Source: Pararhodobacter sp.
GTDB lineage: Bacteria > Pseudomonadota > Alphaproteobacteria > Rhodobacterales > Rhodobacteraceae
Reading direction: 5' to 3'
NCBI GenBank assembly: GCA_046295695.1
Contig: JBKBMS010000001.1
Coordinates: forward strand, 208,712-272,711
Length of the DNA stretch: 64,000 nt
The notes beneath the pieces are model-generated. The model saw nothing but the letters and a program-made list of their open reading frames with translations. It made no database searches and was not told where the DNA came from. How positions within the stretch are numbered: the first letter of the stretch is position 1; every line of letters begins with the position of its first letter. The position numbers were made by a program, and so were the translations under genes. This document shows positions 40,493-50,339 of the stretch, piece after piece.

Positions 40493-41332
40493 TCAGAACA
40501 AGAGCGGCGCGGCAACCATGCTGGCCGGCACCGGCACACCAAGGCGGTGCAGGATCGACGGGGCCAGCGCCAGTTGATCCAGCAACGCGTCGCGCGCCGG
40601 GCCTTCGGCATCGCCGAAATAGTAGAAGGCAAAATCCTGCTGATCCTCGCCGGTTCCGCCATGATGGCCGCGCAGCGACTGCCCGTGATCGGCGGTAACG
40701 ATGACCTCGTAGCCCATTGCCCGCCATTTCGGCAGCCAGGCGGCCAGCATCGCATCCATCAGTGCGCAGGCATGGTCCATCTCGGTGCAATCATGGCCAA
40801 AGCGATGCCCCATGCTGTCGAGCGTGCAGGTATGCAGCATGCCATAGCGCAGATCGAAGCGCGCACAGAGCGAGGTCAGCGTGGCAAAAAGATCGGCATC
40901 GCAAGGGGTTGCCTGATTGTTGTGATCATAGCCCGTCATCGTGTGAAAACGGCCGTGGTTGATGCTGGCGCTTTGCGGTTCGTCGTATTCGATGTCGCGC
41001 AGCATGTCGAAGGGCGAGCGGTTGAAGAATTCCGACCACCAGGAATGCGCCACCGCGCCGGTCACTCCGCCGGCCTTGCGCACCTCGGAAAAGACATCGG
41101 GTTGATCGACGCGCCGGATCATTCCGTTCGACAGCACCCCATGCACCTGCGGCGGCGTGCCGCTGTGGATCGAGGCGTAGCAAGGCCCCGACATTGACGG
41201 CAGCACCGCGCGCATGCGCCAGACCCGCGCCTCGCCGCTGCGCACCCAGCCCTCAAGGCAACCAAAATAGCGCCGCCAGTTGGCGTAGGGCACGCCATCA
41301 AGAATGATCAGCAGCAGTTTCTGGGCGGCCAT
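40493..41332 (-). CDS. Alkaline phosphatase-superfamily protein (nucleotide pyrophosphatase/phosphodiesterase-like)
   Basis: LIILDG, PSMSGPCY, TLDSMGH, VTADHG, GHHGG. Confidence 0.88.
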   Translation of the reverse strand: MAAQKLLLIILDGVPYANWRRYFGCLEGWVRSGEARVWRMRAVLPSMSGPCYASIHSGTPPQVHGVLSNGMIRRVDQPDVFSEVRKAGGVTGAVAHSWWSEFFNRSPFDMLRDIEYDEPQSASINHGRFHTMTGYDHNNQATPCDADLFATLTSLCARFDLRYGMLHTCTLDSMGHRFGHDCTEMDHACALMDAMLAAWLPKWRAMGYEVIVTADHGQSLRGHHGGTGEDQQDFAFYYFGDAEGPARDALLDQLALAPSILHRLGVPVPASMVAAPLLF

Positions 41333-41512
41333 GGCGGGCTCCTGTCGCGGGTGATGTGAAGGCTCTGGCGCGCAGCATACCCGGCCCGCGGGAAAACGCC
41401 AGCCCTGCCGGTCGGACGATGATTGGCGCGCGTTTTCCATGAGTTAAGCGTCGCATTTGCACGACCGGGCAGGGCCGCTGCATGCTTGACTGCATCGACA
41501 GAAAGGGCCGAT

Positions 41513-43021
41513 ATGAGCAAGCAACCCAATATCCTCATCCTGATGGTCGATCAGTTGACCGGCACGCTGTTCCCCGACGGCCCGGCTGATTGGCTTCATG
41601 CGCCCAATCTGCGCGCATTGGCCGCCCGCTCACAGCGTTTCGCGCGCTGCTATACGGCCAGCCCGCTCTGCGCGCCGGGGCGGGCGAGTTTCATGTCCGG
41701 CCAGTTGCCCAGGCGCACGCGGGTCTATGACAATGCCGCCGAGTTTGCCTCGGACGTGCCGACCTATGCCCATCACCTGCGCCGCGCCGGGTATCGCACC
41801 TGCCTTTCGGGCAAGATGCACTTCGTCGGCCCTGATCAGTTGCACGGTTTCGAGGAGCGACTGACAACCGATATCTACCCCGCCGATTTCGGCTGGACCC
41901 CGGATTACCGCAAACCCGGAGAGCGGATCGACTGGTGGTATCACAATCTGGGCTCGGTCACCGGCGCGGGCACCGCCGAGATCACCAACCAGCTTGAATA
42001 TGATGACGAGGTGGCGCATCTGGCGGTGGCGAAGCTCTATGATCTGGCGCGTGGCCATGATGCGCGCCCCTGGTGCCTGACGGTCAGCTTAACCCATCCG
42101 CATGATCCATTCGTCGCGCGCCGCAGATATTGGGATCTCTATGCCGATTGCACCCGGCTGGAGCCGCCCCAAGCGATTGCCTATGAGGATCAGGATGCCC
42201 ACTCCAAGCGCATCATGGACAGTTGCGACTGGCGCGCCTTCGACATCACCGCAGATCAGATACGCCATGCAAGACGCGGATATTTCGCCAATATTTCATA
42301 CATCGACGACAAGATCGGCGAGGTGCTGAGGGTTCTGGAAGACACCGGGCAGGAGGCGATCGTGGTGTTTGTCTCCGATCATGGTGAAATGCTGGGCGAG
42401 CGCGGCCTGTGGTTCAAGATGAACTTCTTTGAGGGATCGGCCCGCGTGCCGCTGATGATCGCCGCGCCGGGGGTGGGTGCGAAGCTGGTGCAGACCCCGG
42501 TTTCCACAATCGATGTGCTGCCCACGCTGGCCGATCTGGCCGGGGTGGATATGTCCGAAATAGCCCCCTGGACCGATGGTGAATCGCTGCTGCCCCTGAT
42601 GCGCGGCGAGGGCACGCGCGCGCCGGTAGCGGTGGAATATGCCGCCGAAGCCTCGATCGAGCCGATGGTGGCGCTGATCGACGGGCCGTGGAAATACATC
42701 CGCTGCGCCGCCGACCCCGAATTGCTGTTCAACCTGCAAACCGACCCCGACGAGCGACACAATCTTGCAAATGAGGCCACCGCCGCCGATACGCTGGGCC
42801 GACTGCGTACGCTGGCCGATGCCCGCTGGGATCTGGCGGCCTTTGACGCAGCGGTCCGCGAAAGCCAGGCCCGGCGCTGGGTGGTTTACGAAGCGCTGCG
42901 CAACGGTGCCTATTTCCCTTGGGATTTCCAGCCCTTGCAGCGCGCATCCGAGCGTTACATGCGCAATCACATGGATCTTAACGTGCTGGAAGAGGCACAG
43001 CGCTTCCCGCGCGGTGAATAG
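41513..43021 (+). CDS. betC: Choline sulfatase
   Basis: PNILILMVDQL, formylglycine motif LCAPGRAS, GKMHFVGPDQLHGFEERLTTDIYPADFGW, YMRNHMDLN. Confidence 0.93.
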   Translation: MSKQPNILILMVDQLTGTLFPDGPADWLHAPNLRALAARSQRFARCYTASPLCAPGRASFMSGQLPRRTRVYDNAAEFASDVPTYAHHLRRAGYRTCLSGKMHFVGPDQLHGFEERLTTDIYPADFGWTPDYRKPGERIDWWYHNLGSVTGAGTAEITNQLEYDDEVAHLAVAKLYDLARGHDARPWCLTVSLTHPHDPFVARRRYWDLYADCTRLEPPQAIAYEDQDAHSKRIMDSCDWRAFDITADQIRHARRGYFANISYIDDKIGEVLRVLEDTGQEAIVVFVSDHGEMLGERGLWFKMNFFEGSARVPLMIAAPGVGAKLVQTPVSTIDVLPTLADLAGVDMSEIAPWTDGESLLPLMRGEGTRAPVAVEYAAEASIEPMVALIDGPWKYIRCAADPELLFNLQTDPDERHNLANEATAADTLGRLRTLADARWDLAAFDAAVRESQARRWVVYEALRNGAYFPWDFQPLQRASERYMRNHMDLNVLEEAQRFPRGE

Positions 43022-43046
43022 CGTCTGATCTGCTCAGCCGGGTGGC

Positions 43047-43442
43047 TCAGATGATTTCGATCAGGCGGATGCTCAGGCGCGGGCAGACGGCGCCGAGTTC
43101 GCGCAGCACCAGCTCGGCGCGGGGCAGGGGGCGGGACAGGATGAAAAGCGGGCCGGCATAGCCGCATGCCTCAAGCGCCTCCCCCAGATCGAGGATGTCC
43201 CAGCCGCCGCGAATCAGCGGGCCGATCACCGCGTCGGGGCGGATCTGCGCCAGCATCGCGGTGCGCAGCATGCCATATTGCGTGATGACCACGCTCTGCC
43301 GGCCCGGCGCGGGCTGCAAAAGCGACAGCGCGCCCGGCGCTTCCACCACCAGCACCGTTCGCAGCGCATGAAGATCGGCCGCGCTGGCCCGGATTGGCAG
43401 CGCCGCTTCGCGATCAATGGCAGAAACAAGCATTTGACGCAT
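43047..43442 (-). CDS. Hypothetical protein, possibly a degenerate receiver-like domain
   Basis: IRPDAVIGPLI..GWDILDLGEALEACGYAGPLFILS.PLP resembles a small Rhodobacteraceae family. Confidence 0.65.
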   Translation of the reverse strand: MRQMLVSAIDREAALPIRASAADLHALRTVLVVEAPGALSLLQPAPGRQSVVITQYGMLRTAMLAQIRPDAVIGPLIRGGWDILDLGEALEACGYAGPLFILSRPLPRAELVLRELGAVCPRLSIRLIEII

Positions 43443-43558
43443 CCCTACTGCAACCGCCCCGAACAATGCGGGCGCCAGCGAAAACCTGGTGAGCCCCTTC
43501 GGGCCCGGCAAAGGACATCATGCAATGATGAAGGGATCATGCATCCGGCGTCCGCGAT

Positions 43559-44401
43559 TCAGGCCGGGACGCAGCGGTAAGATTGCTCTCCAAGACCCTC
43601 AACACCCAATGAAATTTCTTGTCCCGGCTGAAGAAAGACGGGTGGTTTCAATCCCATGCCAACGCCGGGTGGCGTGCCGGTGGCAATGATATCGCCCGGT
43701 TCCAGGGTCATGAACCGGCTCAGATAGGCGATCAGATGCGTCACGCCGTAAACCATGGTTGCCGTGCTGCCATCCTGACGCCGCTGCCCGTCGATGTCGC
43801 ACCACAGCCGCAGCGCCTGCGGATCCACGATCTCGTCACGCGTGCAAAGCCAGGGGCCGATCGGGCCGAATGTATCGTGGCTCTTGCCCTTGGTCCATTG
43901 CCCCTGGCGTTGGGTCTGGAAATCGCGCTCGGACACATCATTGACGCACAGATACCCAGCAATATGCTCAAGCGCCTGATCTTGTTCAATATACTTCGCG
44001 CGCTTGCCGATCACCACGCCCAGTTCGACCTCCCAGTCGGTCCTGGTGCTGCCGCGCGGGATCTCAAGCGGATCGTGGGGCCCGGAAACAGCCGAGGTGG
44101 CCTTCATGAAGATGATCGGCTCGCTGGGCACGCTCATACCGGCCTCGGCTGCATGGTCGGCGTAATTGAGGCCAATGCAGATGAACTTGCCGATACCGGC
44201 CACTGGCGGGCCAAGCCGTGCCTTGTTATCCACCAAAGGCAGGGTTGTTGGATCGAGCTCGCGCAAACGCGCCAGGCTTTCGTCGCCAAGCGCCGCACCG
44301 CGCAGATCCTCGATCACCGCCGAAAGATCGCGCCTGGTGCCGTCAGGTGCAAGCATTCCCGGGCGTTCATTGCCCGGTGTTCCATGCCGGATCAGGCGCA
44401 T
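43559..44401 (-). CDS. Fumarylacetoacetate hydrolase-family protein
   Basis: FICIGLNYADH, DWEVELGVVIG, NDVSERDFQ, WTKGKS, DIIATGTPPGVG. Confidence 0.93.
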   Translation of the reverse strand: MRLIRHGTPGNERPGMLAPDGTRRDLSAVIEDLRGAALGDESLARLRELDPTTLPLVDNKARLGPPVAGIGKFICIGLNYADHAAEAGMSVPSEPIIFMKATSAVSGPHDPLEIPRGSTRTDWEVELGVVIGKRAKYIEQDQALEHIAGYLCVNDVSERDFQTQRQGQWTKGKSHDTFGPIGPWLCTRDEIVDPQALRLWCDIDGQRRQDGSTATMVYGVTHLIAYLSRFMTLEPGDIIATGTPPGVGMGLKPPVFLQPGQEISLGVEGLGEQSYRCVPA

Positions 44402-44645
44402 TCACAAGACCTTTCAGCAGTGCCGTGCAAGCAGTTGTAAAGACCGCTCTTTGCCGAGTCCATGGGGATCAGCCGGTCTTGGCATATCGTATTTATATTA
44501 CATAATACTGATTATCGGCCATATGGATCCATGATCGACCCATGCACGCCTTCGCGCCCTCATCCTCGCCGCAACGGCGCGCATTGGTCTGGACCTGCGC
44601 AGCCTTATGGCTTAGGTCGCAGCAATATCCAAGCACGAGGCCGCC

Positions 44646-45350
44646 ATGCCCTTCAACCGCTCAATCAAGATCGCCCCGTCGATCCTGTCCGCCGATTTCG
44701 CCAGTTTCGGCGCCGAGTGCCGCGCGATCGAGGCGCAGGGCGCGGACTGGGTGCATGTCGATGTGATGGATGGCCATTTCGTGCCCAATCTGACCTTCGG
44801 TCCGGCGATGTGCGCGGCGATCCGGCCGCATATTGCCGGGATCATGGATGTGCATCTGATGATTGCACCCGTCGATCCCTATATCGAGGCTTTCGCCCAG
44901 GCCGGCGCCGATATCATCACCGCCCATCTGGAGGCCGGCCCACATGTCCACCGCACCCTGCAAGCCATTCGTGCAACAGGGAAAAAGGTTGGCCTTGCCC
45001 TCAACCCCGGCACCGGGATCGACGCGGTGGAACACCTGCTCGACCTGCTCGATCTGATCTGCGTCATGACCGTCAATCCGGGTTTCGGCGGCCAGCAGTT
45101 CATCCATTCGCAGATTGCCAAGGTTGAGCGGTTGCGTGCCATGATCGGCGACCGGCCCGTACATATCGAGATCGACGGCGGCATCACGGTGCAAACCGCC
45201 CCACTGATGGCGCGCGCCGGCGCCGATGTTCTGGTGGCGGGCTCGGCGGTGTTCAAGGGTGGCTCGGTGGCGCAGCCAGAGGTTTATGGCCTGAATATCC
45301 GCGCCATCCGCCATGCTGCCGAAAGCGCCCTGCCCGGTCGAATGGCGTGA
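44646..45350 (+). CDS. rpe: Ribulose-phosphate 3-epimerase
   Basis: IAPSILSADF, HVDVMDGHFVPNLTFG, MTVNPGFGGQ, IEIDGG, LVAGSAVF. Confidence 0.97.
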   Translation: MPFNRSIKIAPSILSADFASFGAECRAIEAQGADWVHVDVMDGHFVPNLTFGPAMCAAIRPHIAGIMDVHLMIAPVDPYIEAFAQAGADIITAHLEAGPHVHRTLQAIRATGKKVGLALNPGTGIDAVEHLLDLLDLICVMTVNPGFGGQQFIHSQIAKVERLRAMIGDRPVHIEIDGGITVQTAPLMARAGADVLVAGSAVFKGGSVAQPEVYGLNIRAIRHAAESALPGRMA

Positions 45351-45368
45351 GTGCTTCAGGCCATTCCG

Positions 45369-45399
45369 ATATACACATTCAAAACTTGCAATATATAAT
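45369..45399. promoter_or_regulatory. AT-rich imperfect inverted repeat upstream of sulP (ArsR/SqrR-type operator candidate)
   Basis: ATATACACATTC-AAAACTTG-CAATATATAAT. The core ATTC-N8-CAAT is one mismatch from ATTC-N8-GAAT. Confidence 0.45.
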
Positions 45400-45465
45400 C
45401 CGCGGCGTATATAGGCCCTGAACGCCACGGCCACCCGGACCGTGCAGAAACCCAGGGGCCTTGCC

Positions 45466-47223
45466 ATGCCTGCCTTCCGCCTGCCGCTGCTTGATTGGGC
45501 GCCGCGCTACACCCGCGACGATCTTTCAGGCGATCTCGTTGCCGCACTGGTGGTAACGGTCATGCTGATTCCGCAGGGCATGGCCTACGCGCTGCTGGCC
45601 GGGTTGCCGCCGCAGGCGGGGCTCTATGGCGCCTTGCTGCCATTGCTGATCTATGCGGCTCTGGGCAGCTCGGCCGCGCTGGCGGTGGGGCCGGTCGCCG
45701 TGGTGGCACTGATGACCGCCGCCACCGCCGGCGCGCTGGCTGAAACCGGCACGCCGGGATACCATCTGGCAGCGCTGTGGATTGCGTTGATCTCGGGCGC
45801 GCTGATGCTGGTCATGGGGGTTCTGCGGCTTGGCTTTCTGGCCAATTTCCTGAGCCACCCGGTGATTTCGGGCTTCATCACCGCTGCCGGCATCCTGATC
45901 GCCGCCAGCCAGTTGCGCCATCTGCTGGGCATACCGATGAGCGGCAAAACCCTGCCGGAGGTCATTCCCTCGCTGCTGGCCAACCTCCATGCGCTGCATT
46001 GGCCCACTCTTGCGCTTTCGGCCACCGTTCTGGCCTTCTTGTGGTGGTCGCGCAAAGGTCTGGCACCATTGCTGCACCGGCTGGGGTTGAGCGATGCCGC
46101 CGCGACCCTGCTTGCACGCGGCGCGCTCTTCATGGCGGTTCTGACCTCGACGCTGGCGGTCTGGGTGTTGTCGCTGGATGCGCAGGGCATCCGCATCGTC
46201 GGCGTGGTGCCACGGGGCTTGCCGCCGCTGGAACTGCCGGCCCTTGATGCGGAACTCATCGTGCAACTGGTGGTCCCGGCGGCGCTGATTGCACTGGTGG
46301 GCTATGTCGAATCGATCTCGATCGCGCAGACCCTGGCCGCCAAGCGCCGCGCCAGCATCGACCCCAACCGCGAACTGATCGCGCTGGGAGCGGCCAACCT
46401 GGGCGCGGGGCTGAGCCAGGCGATGCCGGTCACCGGCGGGTTGTCGCGCTCGATCGTCAATTTCGATGCCGGCGCGCGCACCCCGGCCGCCGGAGGGCTG
46501 ACCGCCGCCATGATCGGCGTGGCGCTGCTGGCACTGACACCATTGCTGCATTACCTGCCCAATGCCACGCTTGCCGCGATCATCATCATGGCGGTGGTGT
46601 CGCTGCTGGACTTCCGCGCCCTGCCCCGCACCTGGGCCTTCAGCCGCGCCGACGGGGCGGCGATGGCGGCAACCATGCTGGTGACACTGCTGGCGGGCGT
46701 CGAACCGGGGCTGGCGGCAGGGGTCGCGCTGTCGCTGCTGCTGCATCTCTATCGCACCTCGCGCCCGCATATCGCCGAGGTCGGCCAGGTGCCCGGCACC
46801 GCACATTTCCGCAACATCAACCGCTACGAGGTGGTCACCGCGCCTGAAGTGATGACGTTGCGCGTGGATGAAAGCCTCTATTTTCCCAATGCCCGCTATC
46901 TGGAGGATCTGGTGCAGGAGAAGGTCGCCGCCAATCCGCAGTTGCAACATCTGGTGCTGATGTTCTCGGCGGTGAATGATGTCGATGCCTCGGCGCTGGA
47001 AAGCCTGGAGATGATCGCCGCCAAACTTGCCGATTCCGGCGTCGGGCTGCATCTGTCCGAGGTCAAGGGCCCGGTGATGGACAAGCTGCGCAACAGCCAC
47101 TTCCTGGAGGGGCTGGCCGGGCTCTATCTGACCCAAGTCGATGCGATGGAGGCCCTCGCCCCGGCGCTCACCGCCCAGACACTGGCGCGCCCGCGTCTTG
47201 AACGGCGCAAACCCGGCGCCTGA
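45466..47223 (+). CDS. SulP/SLC26 anion permease with STAS domain
   Basis: DLVAALVVTVMLIPQGMAYALLAG.P...GLY, GPVAV, LRVDESLYFPNA, VNDVDAS. Confidence 0.94.
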   Translation: MPAFRLPLLDWAPRYTRDDLSGDLVAALVVTVMLIPQGMAYALLAGLPPQAGLYGALLPLLIYAALGSSAALAVGPVAVVALMTAATAGALAETGTPGYHLAALWIALISGALMLVMGVLRLGFLANFLSHPVISGFITAAGILIAASQLRHLLGIPMSGKTLPEVIPSLLANLHALHWPTLALSATVLAFLWWSRKGLAPLLHRLGLSDAAATLLARGALFMAVLTSTLAVWVLSLDAQGIRIVGVVPRGLPPLELPALDAELIVQLVVPAALIALVGYVESISIAQTLAAKRRASIDPNRELIALGAANLGAGLSQAMPVTGGLSRSIVNFDAGARTPAAGGLTAAMIGVALLALTPLLHYLPNATLAAIIIMAVVSLLDFRALPRTWAFSRADGAAMAATMLVTLLAGVEPGLAAGVALSLLLHLYRTSRPHIAEVGQVPGTAHFRNINRYEVVTAPEVMTLRVDESLYFPNARYLEDLVQEKVAANPQLQHLVLMFSAVNDVDASALESLEMIAAKLADSGVGLHLSEVKGPVMDKLRNSHFLEGLAGLYLTQVDAMEALAPALTAQTLARPRLERRKPGA

Positions 47224-47259
47224 CAGCAGTGCCCGGCCCTGGCGCAGGGCGGCTTGGGA

Positions 47260-47385
47260 TCACAATGAAAAGCCGGTGCGGCCAGAGGCTGCACCGGCTT
47301 GTCCCATGACACCGGGTTGGGAAGTGGATGCCATGAGAGAACTCGTACCCACACTCACACGCACATGCGCAGGCAAAGACGCCAT
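47260..47385 (-). CDS. Candidate 41-aa small ORF downstream of luxR (may instead be an sRNA)
   Basis: GGAGGG-6 nt-ATG, MASLPAHVRVSVGTSSLMASTSQPGVMGQAGAASGRTGFSL. Codon usage is atypical and the 3' end overlaps the terminator. Confidence 0.35.
   Translation of the reverse strand: MASLPAHVRVSVGTSSLMASTSQPGVMGQAGAASGRTGFSL
47266..47300 (-). terminator. Strong hairpin terminator between convergent sulP and luxR units
   Basis: AAGCCGGTGC-N11-GCACCGGCTT, followed by TTTTCATT on the minus strand. Confidence 0.85.
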
Positions 47386-47546
47386 TCAGCGCCCTCCTGC
47401 AGCGAGGCAAAGCAAGTTCACCCCAGAAAGCGACAGTAATATATCGCCATGCCTGTCAAAAGTGTGCGAATCCATACCCAAAGCAATCAATGCGGGACAG
47501 ATTGTTGCTGCACCGCAGCATTGCCGTGACTGCCCTGCCCGTCGCG

Positions 47547-48413
47547 TCATGAAGCCTGCGGGCCAATCACGAACATCTGGTTGAGGAATGCCGCCTTGAT
47601 CAGCGCATGCGCGGTGGTTTCAACCCCCAGCGCCTCGCGCGCAAGGCGCAGGTGCTTTTCCACCGTCGGCTGCGCCAACCCCAGGATCGCCGCGATATCG
47701 GCCACCGATTTTCCCTCGGCGACCCATTCCAGAACCTCACGCTGGCGCGGGCTGAGGCTGCGATTCTGGCCCAGATAGGGCATGGTGCTCAGGCTGCGGT
47801 GCGCGACAGTCGCCACCACGAACAACTCATCCGCCCTGTGGCGCAGCAGCGCATCCACATCGGCCTGGCTCAAGCCGCACCGCGCCATCAGCGCCATCAC
47901 GCCGCGCCCCCGCGAGCGCGCACTCGGAAACCCGACGGTGCACCCGATCACCATGCCGAAGCGCTCGAAAAAGGCTTCGGCCTCGGGGCTGGTGCGGAAA
48001 TCGGGCGGCATCTCGCCTTCACTCGGGGTCATGGACCAACTGGCGACGCCGGCATTGCGCAGCGCCCAGTTGAAGGTGACGCTCTCGCGGTAGACATTGC
48101 TGTCAACGAGGTTGCTCATGAAGGCCCGGTCCAGCGTCGAGAGCAGCAGAAAATCCTCGCGCGGGCCAAGATCGGTCCCTTTCGAAGTCGGGGAATAGCC
48201 GTAGATCACGCCACTGAAGCCCAGTTCGCGCATATAGGCGCAGGTCAGTGCCCAGACGGTTTCGATATCCGCGGCCCGCAGAATCGCGTCAAGATGCGCC
48301 ACAAGATGGACGGGCGCGTCCTTGGTGCCGGGCTGGGTACGCCGTATCGGAATGATCGCGTCCAGCTCGCCCACCCTTTCCGCGCCACGCGCATGATTCT
48401 GAAGATCCTCCAT
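47547..48413 (-). CDS. LuxR-family regulator with autoinducer-binding-like domain (no luxI nearby)
   Basis: C-terminal LSPRQREVLEWVAEGKSVADIAAILGLAQPTVEKHLRLAREALG HTH and an N-terminal sensor domain. Alternative start at 48464. Confidence 0.9.
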   Translation of the reverse strand: MEDLQNHARGAERVGELDAIIPIRRTQPGTKDAPVHLVAHLDAILRAADIETVWALTCAYMRELGFSGVIYGYSPTSKGTDLGPREDFLLLSTLDRAFMSNLVDSNVYRESVTFNWALRNAGVASWSMTPSEGEMPPDFRTSPEAEAFFERFGMVIGCTVGFPSARSRGRGVMALMARCGLSQADVDALLRHRADELFVVATVAHRSLSTMPYLGQNRSLSPRQREVLEWVAEGKSVADIAAILGLAQPTVEKHLRLAREALGVETTAHALIKAAFLNQMFVIGPQAS

Positions 48414-48514
48414 TACCCCCCAATCCACCAAATTCATTAACCAACAGTCAAAAGAAATAGCCATTGAGGATGGGGCGTGTCGAGCACCGCAATGCCATTG
48501 AAACGGAAAACAAC

Positions 48515-48543
48515 AAAAAAAGCGGCACCCTGAAGGGTGCCGC
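48515..48543 (-). terminator. rpsB-tsf terminator
   Basis: Minus strand GCGGCACCC-TTCA-GGGTGCCGC-TTTTTTT. Confidence 0.92.
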
Positions 48544-48594
48544 CTGCATCATTTTCGCAATTTGCGTCGCTCAGCCGGGTTTCACCGGCAGGTA

Positions 48595-49491
48595 TCAGCC
48601 GGCAAGCGTTTTCGCCACTTCGGCGGCAAAATCTTCCTGCTTCTTCTCGATACCTTCGCCGACGGCCATGCGCACAAAGCCCAGCACCTCGACACCGGCC
48701 TCTTTCGCGGCCTGCTCGACCGTCAGATCGGGGTTGATCACGAACTTCTGCCCCAGCAGCGTTACCTCTTCGAGGAATTTCTTCATCCGGCCGGGGATGA
48801 TGTTGTTGTGGATCACCGCATCGGGCTTCGGCTTGGCGGCGGCGGTATTCTCTTCCAGCGCCTTTTGCGTCTGCACCTCGCGCTCACGCTCCAGCACCGC
48901 AGGGTCCAGATCGGCCTCACCCAGCGACATCGGCGAGGTGGCGGCGATATGCATGGCGATCTGCTTGCCGATGCCGTTGTCAGCGCCTTTCAGCGCCACC
49001 AGAACACCGATCTTGCCCATGCCGTCAGCGGCTGCGTTATGCACATAAGCCGCGACCGCATCGCCCTCGATCACCGCCATGCGGCGCAGGGTCATGTTCT
49101 CGCCGATCGTGGCGATGGCCCCGGTGAGGGTTTCCTCGACGCTCTTGCCACCCAGGCTGGCGGTTTTCAGCGCCGCCAGATCGCCCGCGCCAAGTGCGGC
49201 AGCGGTGATGCTGCGCACCAGCGACTGGAAATCGGCGTTCTTGGCGACGAAATCGGTTTCCGAGTTGACCTCGACCGCCACGCCCTTGCCGCCCTTCACG
49301 GCCACGCCGACCAGCCCTTCGGCGGCCACGCGGTCAGCTTTCTTGGCGGCTTTCGCCAGGCCCTTGGTGCGCAGCCAGTCAACGGCGGCTTCCATGTCGC
49401 CATTGGTTTCCGTCAGCGCCTTCTTCGCGTCCATCATGCCGGCGCCGGTGTTTTCGCGCAGTTCCTTCACCATCTGTGCGGTGATCGCCAT
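48595..49491 (-). CDS. tsf: Elongation factor Ts
   Basis: [31 protein letters not shown]. Confidence 0.98.
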   Translation of the reverse strand: MAITAQMVKELRENTGAGMMDAKKALTETNGDMEAAVDWLRTKGLAKAAKKADRVAAEGLVGVAVKGGKGVAVEVNSETDFVAKNADFQSLVRSITAAALGAGDLAALKTASLGGKSVEETLTGAIATIGENMTLRRMAVIEGDAVAAYVHNAAADGMGKIGVLVALKGADNGIGKQIAMHIAATSPMSLGEADLDPAVLEREREVQTQKALEENTAAAKPKPDAVIHNNIIPGRMKKFLEEVTLLGQKFVINPDLTVEQAAKEAGVEVLGFVRMAVGEGIEKKQEDFAAEVAKTLAG

Positions 49492-49568
49492 GGTGTTACT
49501 CCTTCGGATTGGCTTGCGGGCAGAGTCTGGCCCTGCCCGGTATCATTCGGATGACAGGCTCCGCAGGC

Positions 49569-50339
49569 TCAGGCCTCGGCGGCGGCCTCGGCCAGGGTCT
49601 CTTCGGCGGGGGCTTCTTCCATCGCGCCCAGATCGACACCCGCTGCACCCAGTTGCGCCGACATGCCGTCCAGCGCAGCACGGCTCACCAGATCGCAGTA
49701 AAGCGCGATGGCGCGCGCGGCATCGTCATTGCCGGGGATGATGAAATCGATCCCGTCGGGCGAGCAGTTGGTATCAACCACCGCAACCACCGGAATGCCC
49801 AGCTTCTTGGCTTCCAGGATGGCCAGGTCTTCCTTGTTGACATCGATCACGAACAGCAGGTCCGGCAGACCGCCCATTTCGCGGATCCCGCCCAGGCTGG
49901 CCTGCAGCTTGGCCTGCTCGCGCTCAAGGCCCAGACGCTCCTTCTTGGTCAGGCCCTCGGCGCCGCGCTCCATCAGCTCGTCGATCTGCTTGAGACGCTG
50001 GATCGACTGCGAAACCGTCTTCCAGTTGGTCAGCGTGCCGCCCAGCCAGCGGTGATTCATGTAATACTGGGCGCATTTCTCGGCCGCCTCGGCAACAGCT
50101 TTCGATGCCTGGCGCTTGGTGCCCACGAACAGCACCCGCCCGCCCTTGGCGACGGTCTCGCGCACGGCGTTGAGCGCGGCGTCGAGCATCGGCACGGTCT
50201 GCGTCAGGTCAATGATGTGAATGCCGTTGCGCTCGCCATAGATGAACTCGCCCATGCGGGGGTTCCAGCGCTGCGTCTGGTGGCCGTAGTGAACGCCAGC
50301 TTCCAAAAGCTGACGCAAGGTGAAATCGGGAAGCGCCAT
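49569..50339 (-). CDS. rpsB: 30S ribosomal protein S2
   Basis: [39 protein letters not shown]. Confidence 0.98.
   Translation of the reverse strand: MALPDFTLRQLLEAGVHYGHQTQRWNPRMGEFIYGERNGIHIIDLTQTVPMLDAALNAVRETVAKGGRVLFVGTKRQASKAVAEAAEKCAQYYMNHRWLGGTLTNWKTVSQSIQRLKQIDELMERGAEGLTKKERLGLEREQAKLQASLGGIREMGGLPDLLFVIDVNKEDLAILEAKKLGIPVVAVVDTNCSPDGIDFIIPGNDDAARAIALYCDLVSRAALDGMSAQLGAAGVDLGAMEEAPAEETLAEAAAEA

Noticed and set aside
47141-47584. Plus-strand Cys-containing ORF after sulP
   Set aside because: Runs through a strong terminator, overlaps the luxR 3' end and lacks a good RBS. The minus-strand small ORF is better supported.
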